Origin: Acidobacteriota bacterium
Lineage (GTDB): Bacteria > Acidobacteriota > UBA6911 > JACQSX01
Direction: 5' to 3'
NCBI GenBank assembly: GCA_036507075.1
Contig: DASXQR010000080.1
Coordinates: 1-11,828, forward strand
DNA: 11,828 nucleotides
Shown here: piece after piece, positions 1 through 7,344 of the stretch
Numbering within the stretch: the stretch's first letter is position 1
Layout of the letters: every line of letters begins with the position of its first letter
Program-made: the position numbers and the translations under genes
Notes under the pieces: generated by a model
Databases searched by the model: none
What the model was told of the DNA's origin: nothing
What the model saw: the letters and a program-made list of their open reading frames with translations, nothing else

Positions 1-60
1 CACTAAGCCAGTGTTCGTGAAGTATTTTTGGGCGCGCGTTCTAGTGAAGAATCGTCTTCA

Positions 61-121
61 CCACCGGGACAAGCCGGGTGGCATCGATTTTTTCACGCGG
101 GCTGACGCCCGCGGTACTGAC
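61..121. repeat. REP-like hairpins plus MITE-like right end
   Basis: Imperfect palindrome ccaccggg-acaag-ccgggtgg (61-81), then gattttttcacgcgggct (86-103, resembling the element end at 6163-6180), then hairpin gcgggc-tgac-gcccgc with ggtactgac (97-121). Confidence 0.6.
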
Positions 122-131
122 GGTGCAATTT

Positions 132-280
132 GGAACTCGCACCTGCAACTCGTAGCAACTCGTAACCCGGAACTCGCAAACTCCGTGGCCGGTAACCCGC
201 AACCCGGAACTCGCAAACCCGCAACTCGTAACCCGCAAACTCGTAACCCGCAACTCGCGGCAACTTGCAAACCCCCAACC
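132..280. repeat. Degenerate 7-8 nt tandem array (gcaactc/gtaaccc/ggaactc)
   Basis: About 20 imperfect units of g[c/t/g]aac[t/c]c read directly, just downstream of the stop of the minus-strand CDS at 287. Confidence 0.9.
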
Positions 281-286
281 CACAGC

Positions 287-1270
287 TCAGTTTTTCAGCC
301 GCCGATTCACATCCTTGAACTGGAGAATGAATTTGCGGTGTTCCGGGTTTTTCCAGTCGTACAATTCAAAGGACCACCACCAGATGCCCTGTGCTCCAGA
401 GTTGAGGGCCGCGCGGGCCATGCCTTCCAGTACATCGGGTGTAGGGCGTGGAGCCGTTTCGACGGGCAGTTCGAGATTCAATCGGTGCGTCGCATACTGG
501 TACCAGTCGGCGCGTCCATGTCCCTGCAGAACCATCCACACAGGCCTGCTGCCGGCTAGCTTTACCGCCCTGTGAGTGGCCTGCCTTGTCTTTTCCGCCC
601 AGTCAACCCCAGCCTTGAACGGATAAACGTCGAGGCCGAAGACGCCGGAGAAGGGAACGAAGCGTCTTACCCAATACTCTTCCGCAGAAAAGGCATCCAC
701 CAGAAACAGCGCTCCCCGCCCGCACTGCCGGATCTCTTGGTAGGCGGATTGGAGCCGCTGCGGCGAGGGAACGCGATCTTTCGTCTCGCGCGAATATCGA
801 TATCCGGGTTCATCGGGCGCGTAAACGCCGCCGAATGCAGGGGCCGAGCAGGCCGTGCTGAGCACGGAATGGAGCCACGGTTCCGGAATAGCGGCGGGTT
901 GCCAGCTGTCGAAAATCAGCGTGATTCCGCTGTTTGCAGCCGAATCCAGGTCCTTGCGCCATTGCTCAGGTCTTATTTCCGGGCTGCGCCAGTACAGAGT
1001 ATGCGTGAAGTTCATCTCGGCCAGCCAGGAAAAGTATTCTCGATCCAGATTTTGCGGTGCGCTCCAGCAACCGATTACCAGAGCGCCGGGAGCTCGCTTT
1101 TTCACAGAGCCGGAGCGGTGGGAATTCGATGACTTACCGGTGGCGTGGAGTGTCAGGCCGACGGGCACGGAACCGGCGCATGCAACAAACAGGTCGACGG
1201 GCAATACCAGCAGCAGGACGATTGCCGCAGACAGGCGGCAAGTTGGGGAAGGATCAAACGGCCGGATCAA
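287..1270 (-). CDS. Putative exported glycoside hydrolase-like TIM-barrel protein (clan GH-A-like, uncharacterised)
   Basis: ORF 287..1405 has motifs YAPDEP, GLDVYP, RPVWMVLQG and GAQGIWWWS typical of GH-A-like barrels, plus a hydrophobic N-terminal stretch ending FVAC. Start is uncertain; TTG at 1270 was chosen to avoid a 116-nt overlap with the upstream cyclase gene. Confidence 0.65.
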   Translation of the reverse strand: MIRPFDPSPTCRLSAAIVLLLVLPVDLFVACAGSVPVGLTLHATGKSSNSHRSGSVKKRAPGALVIGCWSAPQNLDREYFSWLAEMNFTHTLYWRSPEIRPEQWRKDLDSAANSGITLIFDSWQPAAIPEPWLHSVLSTACSAPAFGGVYAPDEPGYRYSRETKDRVPSPQRLQSAYQEIRQCGRGALFLVDAFSAEEYWVRRFVPFSGVFGLDVYPFKAGVDWAEKTRQATHRAVKLAGSRPVWMVLQGHGRADWYQYATHRLNLELPVETAPRPTPDVLEGMARAALNSGAQGIWWWSFELYDWKNPEHRKFILQFKDVNRRLKN

Positions 1271-1289
1271 TGTGCAAACCCGGCGCGTG

Positions 1290-3008
1290 TTATGCCACCT
1301 CGTGGCGCTGCTTGCGTCGCTTACTTCGGTACAGGGCTTCATCGGCGCGCAGCAGCATTTCTTCAACCGAAAGGTTCTGATTGCGGTCAAAACGCGCCAC
1401 ACCAACGCTCAACGATAATTGGTAAGGTTGTTCTCTGCTGCTGTTGTATTTGTGAAGCCTTTGCTGGAGCCGGGCACGGATCGTGGAACTCCTGGCGGTG
1501 GAGTCGTCCATCACCAGTACGGTAAATTCGTCGCCTCCCAGCCGCGCAAGAATATCCGAATCCCGGAACGTATCCTTCAAGATTCTTGCAACGTGAATCA
1601 GCGCCAGATCCCCGTGATGATGGCCATAGGTGTCATTGATGTTTTTCAGACCGTCCAGATCTCCATAGGCCAGCAACAGCCCTTTGCGCATTCTGTGCGC
1701 CAGTTTTTGATGCTGCTGGGCCAGCGTAAGGAATCCGCGCCTGTTGAGAAGGCCGGTCAGTTCGTCAGTCAACGAGAGGCTGCGCAACTCCGTCTGCATC
1801 CGGTCTCGCTCGATCGCCGATTCCAGGACGTTTGCAACCGCATGGAAAAAGTGAGTGTCATCCCTGCTGAACGTCAGGCGGCGCCGAGAGTGCGCGCCCA
1901 GGACCGCAAACGGTGCCTCGCGTCCGCGAATCACAACAGTCATGCCGCTGATCACGCCATGGCTGGCCAGCAACTTTGGACACTTAAACCGGGTTTCGGT
2001 CCGAATGTCGTCCACGATCACAGGATCGGTGCGGCGGATCGTATAACCCGCCTGCGAATTCGGCTCCATGCCGACGGTGAGCTGGCCTACATAGCCCGGC
2101 TTCCAACCGGATCCGGCTCTCAGCAGCAGCTTGTTCTTGCCCGGGAGAAATTCCAGAAGCTCGCAGTATTCCACTTTCAGTGTTTCCGCCACCAGACAAA
2201 CCATCTCTTCGAAAAGTCTGGAAAGGTCGCTCGCCGTCAGCGCCCGGCGCCCAAGCTCGGCCACGGCAGCCTGCTGCCGAACGCGAGCCTCCAGTTTCTC
2301 CAAAGCTGAATCACGTTCCCGCACCGCCTCCTGTACTTCCTCGTAAAGGCGCGCATTGTCAACGGCTGTGGCTACGCGGTGCGCCAGGTCCTCGGCGAGC
2401 ACCAGTTCATCCGCGCCGTAGCGGCGTTCAGATTCCTGGGTCAGCACAAAGGTAATCGTCCCGAGCGTTCGGCCGCCGGCAAGCAAGGGAACAACCATCG
2501 CGGATTTCATTCCGAGCTGCCGCACGACCTCCAATTGCTCCGGATTCCGCGCGTAATCGGAAAGCACCGCCCCGGTTACTTCAGGGTAGAACTCAGACTG
2601 GCCGGAACGAATTACACGGTGTACCACCGGATCGGGTTCGGCTGGAAAGCGCCGGTGCAATTCGGCGGCGGTTTCGATCCGGTTCGGATCCAGGTGGGTC
2701 ATGGTCAACCTGCGGACAGACTGGTCTTTTTCGACTACATCCACCGCGCACCAGTCTGCGAGTCGAGGGACAGCCAGTCGCGCAAGGCTGGTCAAGGTGG
2801 TGGTGTAATCCAGCGAGGAGGCGAGCAGCGTGCTGGCTTCCGCCAAAAACGCGAGTCTGAGCTGCTGCACCCTTTCCGCGTCGGCCCAATTGGTCGGATT
2901 TCCGGCCACAACCTGTTCGGGTGACGGGGCTGTGGAATCTTGGATGTCTACCGGCGTTTGGCTCGAACCAGAGCGTTCGAGGAGCCAGGAGTCGAGTGGC
3001 TGAACCAT
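1290..3008 (-). CDS. GAF-GAF-GGDEF diguanylate cyclase
   Basis: 572 aa. Two GAF-like segments (LADWCAVD...AMVVPL...LGTITF...NARLY; GVISGMTVVI...FAVLGAH), then SLTDELTGLLNRRGF, DLDGLKNINDTYGHHHGD, RDSD I-site and intact RLGGDEF. No transmembrane segments seen. Confidence 0.95.
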   Translation of the reverse strand: MVQPLDSWLLERSGSSQTPVDIQDSTAPSPEQVVAGNPTNWADAERVQQLRLAFLAEASTLLASSLDYTTTLTSLARLAVPRLADWCAVDVVEKDQSVRRLTMTHLDPNRIETAAELHRRFPAEPDPVVHRVIRSGQSEFYPEVTGAVLSDYARNPEQLEVVRQLGMKSAMVVPLLAGGRTLGTITFVLTQESERRYGADELVLAEDLAHRVATAVDNARLYEEVQEAVRERDSALEKLEARVRQQAAVAELGRRALTASDLSRLFEEMVCLVAETLKVEYCELLEFLPGKNKLLLRAGSGWKPGYVGQLTVGMEPNSQAGYTIRRTDPVIVDDIRTETRFKCPKLLASHGVISGMTVVIRGREAPFAVLGAHSRRRLTFSRDDTHFFHAVANVLESAIERDRMQTELRSLSLTDELTGLLNRRGFLTLAQQHQKLAHRMRKGLLLAYGDLDGLKNINDTYGHHHGDLALIHVARILKDTFRDSDILARLGGDEFTVLVMDDSTARSSTIRARLQQRLHKYNSSREQPYQLSLSVGVARFDRNQNLSVEEMLLRADEALYRSKRRKQRHEVA

Positions 3009-3222
3009 TCCTCTAGCACGTCGCTGTCAGTCAGTTACATCGGGGCGCTGTCCCGACCCAGTCGGCATCAGCTAATCCTCGCTTACCATCTGACTTGCCC
3101 CTAAGCCAGTCGGCGACTGTCAGAAAATTGACGCTGCACCATTGTGACGGCACGATTGCATTAGCGGTGTGACAGGGAACACAGATTGGGATTATGCGAG
3201 GCAAGGGAACAAAACACACTGA

Positions 3223-3392
3223 GGAACGCGGAATGTGGAATGCGGAATTGCGGAATGGGAAATACAAAGGGTTTTCTACCAAACGTCGACCACTTTAACC
3301 GCAACACCTTGAGAACACAGAGATTTCCTCAGAGCGCGGATGGGCATAACTACCGATCACTATTCCCCATTCCGCATTCCCCATTCCGCATT
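3223..3392. repeat. Inverted pair of heptamer arrays (ggaatgc x5 / attcc[c/g]c x4) around a ~100 bp spacer
   Basis: 3223-3258 ggaacgc ggaatgt ggaatgc ggaattgc ggaatgg; 3362-3392 attcccc attccgc attcccc attccgc att, the complementary orientation. Confidence 0.85.
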
Positions 3393-3399
3393 GAAAGCC

Positions 3400-4743
3400 C
3401 TACGACTGTGCCCGCAGATTCTCTGAAACGGCCACGAGCTTGGTCTGTCCGGGCATGGCCACGGGAGGAACCACTACCGAACCCCAAGCCAGCTCAACAG
3501 CAAGAATATTGTCCTCACGTGAATTCAGAGCCTGCTCCCAGGTTACGGTCTTTCCTGTGTAGGCGGCCATTCTTCCCATGATCGCCGTAAGCGTACTCTC
3601 GGCCACCTGCTTCAATTCGTTGTAGGGCTGCCCGGCGCGAATGCTGGCGATCAGGTCAGTGTGCTCCTGAACGTAGGGTTTATTGTCTTTCTGCGAATCG
3701 AACTCGAATGTGTTCGGGCCGGTAATCTTATAGCTCTTTTTATCGGCCGTGATGCAATTTCCCCTGCTTCCCGTCAAACCCTCGGAAACATTTCCCTCGG
3801 TACCGGGCGTTTGCCGGCACATGCTCAGCATGTGCGCTCCGTTCGGATACTCATAATCGATCGAAAAATGATCGAATATGTGCCCATACGCGGGATCGGT
3901 TCGCACCTGACGTCCACCCATTCCCGACGCGCGAAGCGGATGGTTCTGCATCGCCCAGTTGATCACATCGATGTTGTGGATGTGCTGTTCCACGATGTGA
4001 TCTCCCGACAACCAGGTAAAGTAGAGCCAGTTGCGAAGCTGCCATTCCATGTCGGTCCATTCCGGCTTGCGTTCCTTCATCCACAGACCGCCTTGGTTCC
4101 AGTACGCGCGCGCCGCCACCAGGTCGCCGATGGAGCCGTCGTGAATGCGCTTCATCACTTCCAGATATCCGGTCTGATGGCGGCGTTGCGTTCCGACACC
4201 TACGCCCAGGCCCTTCTTCCTGGCTTCCTCATAGGCGTCGAGCACGGCACGGATACCCGGCCCGTCCACAGCCACCGGCTTTTCTGTGAAGATGTTCTTA
4301 TTGGCGGCGACCGCGGCTTTCAGATGGGTCGGCCGAAACCCCGGAGGAGTTGCAAGAATGACGTAATTAATGTCGCTCTGGAGTACTTTCTGGTACGCGT
4401 CGAATCCGATGAATCTGCGCTCTTCCGGCACATCGATCTTGTCGGCAAAGCCGCCACCTCTCTGTAGATTTTTGAGGCTCTCGTCGAGCCTATCCTTGAA
4501 CGCGTCGCCCATTGCGACAAGCTTCACGTTGGGAGCGGCCTCGAGCACGTTTCCGGCTGCGCCCGTTCCCCTTCCTCCGCATCCAATCAAACCGACCCGG
4601 ATTTGATCGGTCCCCGCGGGATAAACGGTGGGAATTGTGGCCAAGCCGGAAGCCACGACAGTGCCGAATGCCGCGGCGCTTGAAATCTTAAGGAAATCAC
4701 GCCGCGAGGCTAAGCTCTTGCTGGAATCATTTGAGTCGCTCAT
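3400..4743 (-). CDS. Tat-exported Gfo/Idh/MocA family oxidoreductase
   Basis: Twin-arginine signal SRRDFLK, Rossmann motif GLIGCGGRGTGA, ATPPGFRP, EKP and GDHIVEQHIHNID. GGAGA lies 7 nt before the ATG at 4743 but only 1 nt before the ATG at 4749. Confidence 0.95.
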   Translation of the reverse strand: MSDSNDSSKSLASRRDFLKISSAAAFGTVVASGLATIPTVYPAGTDQIRVGLIGCGGRGTGAAGNVLEAAPNVKLVAMGDAFKDRLDESLKNLQRGGGFADKIDVPEERRFIGFDAYQKVLQSDINYVILATPPGFRPTHLKAAVAANKNIFTEKPVAVDGPGIRAVLDAYEEARKKGLGVGVGTQRRHQTGYLEVMKRIHDGSIGDLVAARAYWNQGGLWMKERKPEWTDMEWQLRNWLYFTWLSGDHIVEQHIHNIDVINWAMQNHPLRASGMGGRQVRTDPAYGHIFDHFSIDYEYPNGAHMLSMCRQTPGTEGNVSEGLTGSRGNCITADKKSYKITGPNTFEFDSQKDNKPYVQEHTDLIASIRAGQPYNELKQVAESTLTAIMGRMAAYTGKTVTWEQALNSREDNILAVELAWGSVVVPPVAMPGQTKLVAVSENLRAQS

Positions 4744-4817
4744 ACGCATATCTCCAATGTGGTTATGTGGACCGAACCTATAAGGTAAACCTTAGGCGCA
4801 ACCGTGTCCAGTGCAAC

Positions 4818-5876
4818 CTATTTTTCTTCGGCCGTCCCCTGCCCCGCTTTCGTCCGTGAGCGGAACCCCCGCAGGTTGGGCTGCTCGTTGACCGGGCGCA
4901 CCACTCGGAAGCCGGTGTGGATGGCTTCCGTCAGCCACCAGATGCTCTGCGGAATCTGGGGATCTCTCTTATTCCATTCCTTTGACGACGATCGGCGCGC
5001 CGCGCTGCGCAACCGCGGAGCCGGATCATCCCAGCATCCGCCGCGCACCACGTGAGGGTATTCCTCTTCTCCTGGAAGGTTTACCGGGTAGAGGGCGGGC
5101 ACCTTTTCCTTGAAGCTGCTGTAGAAGCTCTTTCCGTAGCGATCCAGACACCATTCGGCGACGTTTCCGTGCATGTCGTACAGGCCCCACGCATTGGGCT
5201 TTTTTTTGCCGACCAGTTGGGGCTTGCCTTCTGAGTTTTCCGCAAACCAGGCATATTCTCCCAACTTCGAAGCATCGTTCCCGAAAGAATAAGAGGTCTG
5301 CGCACCGGCACGGCACGCATATTCCCATTCGGCTTCCGTCGGGAGTCGATACGACTTGCCTGTCTTTGCGGAAAGCCAGGCACAGTATTCCATCGCGGCA
5401 TGGTGAGTAATGGAGATGACCGGCTGACCTTCGCGACCCAGACCAAATGTCTCATCGGCGTAAGGTGGAGTAGGCCGGGTAACTGCGTCGGCGGCTTTTT
5501 CGGTTGCGGGCTGGGCGCTCAAATCCACTTTCTGCCGCTTCTTTTTCGTCAGATCCTGGCTGAAACCGAAAATGTCATATTCGTCCCAGGTCACTTCCGT
5601 TTTGCCGATCCAAAAGGGAGCGACAGTCACCTGATGCTGCGGCCCTTCATCGGGGGAACACCCGGGCTCATCGGGACGACTTCCCATCGTATAAGTTCCG
5701 CCGGCGACAGGAATCATTTCGAATTTTACTTCACTCCCGGGGATTATTTCCTGATACGGCTGGAAGTCTGCGGCAGCCGTCTTTGGTGCCGAAGGCTGCG
5801 ACTGCGGTCGCAGCACGACCGACGCGCCGGCGCAAATGCACAGAAAAAGCACGAACGGAGACGTGATTCGTTTCAA
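4818..5876 (-). CDS. Exported formylglycine-generating enzyme (FGE/SUMF1) domain protein
   Basis: Motifs GGTYTMGS, EGPQHQV, EVTWDEY, RLPTEAEWEYACRAG, PNAWGLYDMHGNVAEW, RGG and GFR. It lacks the CxxxxC of true FGE. AGGAG sits 6 nt before TTG at 5876, giving a signal-peptide-like MKRITSPFVLFLCICAGA. Confidence 0.92.
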   Translation of the reverse strand: MKRITSPFVLFLCICAGASVVLRPQSQPSAPKTAAADFQPYQEIIPGSEVKFEMIPVAGGTYTMGSRPDEPGCSPDEGPQHQVTVAPFWIGKTEVTWDEYDIFGFSQDLTKKKRQKVDLSAQPATEKAADAVTRPTPPYADETFGLGREGQPVISITHHAAMEYCAWLSAKTGKSYRLPTEAEWEYACRAGAQTSYSFGNDASKLGEYAWFAENSEGKPQLVGKKKPNAWGLYDMHGNVAEWCLDRYGKSFYSSFKEKVPALYPVNLPGEEEYPHVVRGGCWDDPAPRLRSAARRSSSKEWNKRDPQIPQSIWWLTEAIHTGFRVVRPVNEQPNLRGFRSRTKAGQGTAEEK

Positions 5877-5968
5877 TGTAAGCTCCTGCAACTAAATCAG
5901 ACACTTTAGTTTTATCATTCCGCTGAGGTCGAGAGTGAAAAATAAAAAGCCAGAACCGCGAAGGCGCG

Positions 5969-6180
5969 AGCACGTGTGAAAAAATTGAACCGCCAAGAGC
6001 GCGAAGAACGCTAAAAATTTCTTTTTCAGTCTGGCAGTTTAATGTTACCCGCACTTTACACGTGACACTTCTTCAGAACTTTCAATTGCTTGCAGTCAGC
6101 CGGTTGTTCGGACCCATGATGAGCTTGGCGTTCTTAGCGTTCTTCGCGGTTCAAGCTTTTTGAATTTTTTCTCACGTTCT
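5969..6180. mobile_element. MITE-like non-coding element (212 bp)
   Basis: Terminal inverted repeats agcacgtgtgaaaaaatt (5969-5986) and aattttttctcacgttct (6163-6180) match 16/18. An inner 30-bp inverted repeat of 9-nt units (5985-6014 vs 6125-6154) matches 26/30. No clear target duplication. Confidence 0.6.
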
Positions 6181-6276
6181 GAGCCCGCGGTACCGACTTT
6201 GGTGAATAATACGGTCCTGGTGTCGCGGTAGGCCGTCGACACCATGCTTGTGCTCGCTCATAATAGATAACCAGCA

Positions 6277-7344
6277 ATGCGATTTACCAAATACCCGGCC
6301 ATTATCCTGTTTCTAATTTGTGCAACGGCTTTTGCCATTCCGCTGTGGACATCGTGCGCCTTGCCGGCCAGGCCCCTTCGCGCCGCTAACCGGTCCGATT
6401 TGATCAAGCGCTATGAGTTTTCTGAGCCCCATATGGGGACGCTGTTCCGAATTGTTATCTATTCCCAGGATCCCTCGGCTGCGGCCGTCTCGGCGCGGGC
6501 GGCGTTTCAACGAATCGCCGAGCTCGATCGAATGCTGAGTGACTACCGTTACGACAGTGAATTAATGATATTGTCGCGCCGGGCCGGAAGCGGGAAAGTC
6601 GTCGTCAGCGATGACCTGTTCTCTGTGCTGGAGCAGGCCCAAATGTGGGCCCGCAAAACGAATGGCGCTTTCGACGTAACGGTGGGCCCGGCAGTGAGGC
6701 TTTGGCGGCGCGCCCGGCAGACCGGGGAATTGCCCGCGCCGGAGGACCTGGCCCGCGCCCGATCGCTGATCGGATATCAAAACATCGAACTGGAACATTC
6801 TAAAAGGATGGTGAGTCTTCTAAAACCAGGGATGCAGCTCGATCTGGGCGGCATCGCCAAAGGTTACGCGGCGGATCAGGCCCTCAAGACCGTGAAGAGC
6901 CGTGGACACAGCAGTGTTCTGATCGCGGCGGGCGGCGACATAGCCGTGGCTGATGCGCCTCCGGGACTGAAAGGCTGGACGGTCGCCGTCGCGGCTGCGG
7001 ACCAGCCCGGTTCGAACCCGACCCGCCGGATACTGCTTGCCAATGCGGCCGTGTCCACGTCGGGCGACGCAGAGCAATTTATCGAAATCGGAGGCGAACG
7101 TTATTCGCATATCGTCGATCCCCATACGGGAATCGGTGTAACAGGGCAAAGTACAGCCACGGTGGTGGCCTCCGATGCCACCACCTCCGACGCGCTGGCG
7201 ACCGGATTGAGTGTTCTCGGACCGGCCGCGTTACCGCTGCTGGATTCTCTCGAGCGCATTGCGGCGCTACTGGTGCGCAAAGGTGACGACGGATTCCAGG
7301 TTTACGCGTCGAGCCGTTGGAAGGAGACAACGCTGAGCCCGTGA
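6277..7344 (+). CDS. apbE: FAD:protein FMN transferase (ApbE family), probable lipoprotein
   Basis: 355 aa with HMGT, GAFDVTVGP, LDLGGIAKGYAAD, GGDI, AVSTSGD, YSHIVDPHTG and SDALAT motifs; N-terminal hydrophobic signal ending WTSC. Confidence 0.95.
   Translation: MRFTKYPAIILFLICATAFAIPLWTSCALPARPLRAANRSDLIKRYEFSEPHMGTLFRIVIYSQDPSAAAVSARAAFQRIAELDRMLSDYRYDSELMILSRRAGSGKVVVSDDLFSVLEQAQMWARKTNGAFDVTVGPAVRLWRRARQTGELPAPEDLARARSLIGYQNIELEHSKRMVSLLKPGMQLDLGGIAKGYAADQALKTVKSRGHSSVLIAAGGDIAVADAPPGLKGWTVAVAAADQPGSNPTRRILLANAAVSTSGDAEQFIEIGGERYSHIVDPHTGIGVTGQSTATVVASDATTSDALATGLSVLGPAALPLLDSLERIAALLVRKGDDGFQVYASSRWKETTLSP

Noticed and set aside
11..559. ORF 11..559 (+) and the short minus ORFs over 41-283
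   Set aside because: They are translations of the stop-poor heptamer array and REP DNA, partly antisense to the GH-like gene.
572..2924. Long plus-strand ORFs (572..1132, 855..1418, 1419..2309, 2379..2924)
   Set aside because: Antisense shadows of GC-rich minus-strand genes with no recognisable motifs.
3009..3220. c-di-GMP riboswitch or sigma54 promoter upstream of the cyclase
   Set aside because: No GGGACGCAAAG-type class I core on the minus strand; ggcacgattgca near 3149-3160 is on the wrong strand and has GG-N7-GC rather than GG-N10-GC spacing. An Rfam scan would settle the riboswitch question.
3031..3581. ORFs 3031..3282 (-) and 3186..3581 (+)
   Set aside because: Largely repeat-derived peptides (FRNSAFHIP, NAECGMRN, IPHSPFRI) with no family signal.
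4775..4796. Overlapping short palindromes acctataaggt / aaggtaaacctt between fge and the oxidoreductase
   Set aside because: Too short and AT-rich, with no U-tract, to call a terminator or operator.
4818..5876. True sulfatase-maturing FGE
   Set aside because: The catalytic cysteine pair after RGG is absent (RGGCWDDPAPRLRSAAR) and no sulfatase gene is nearby.
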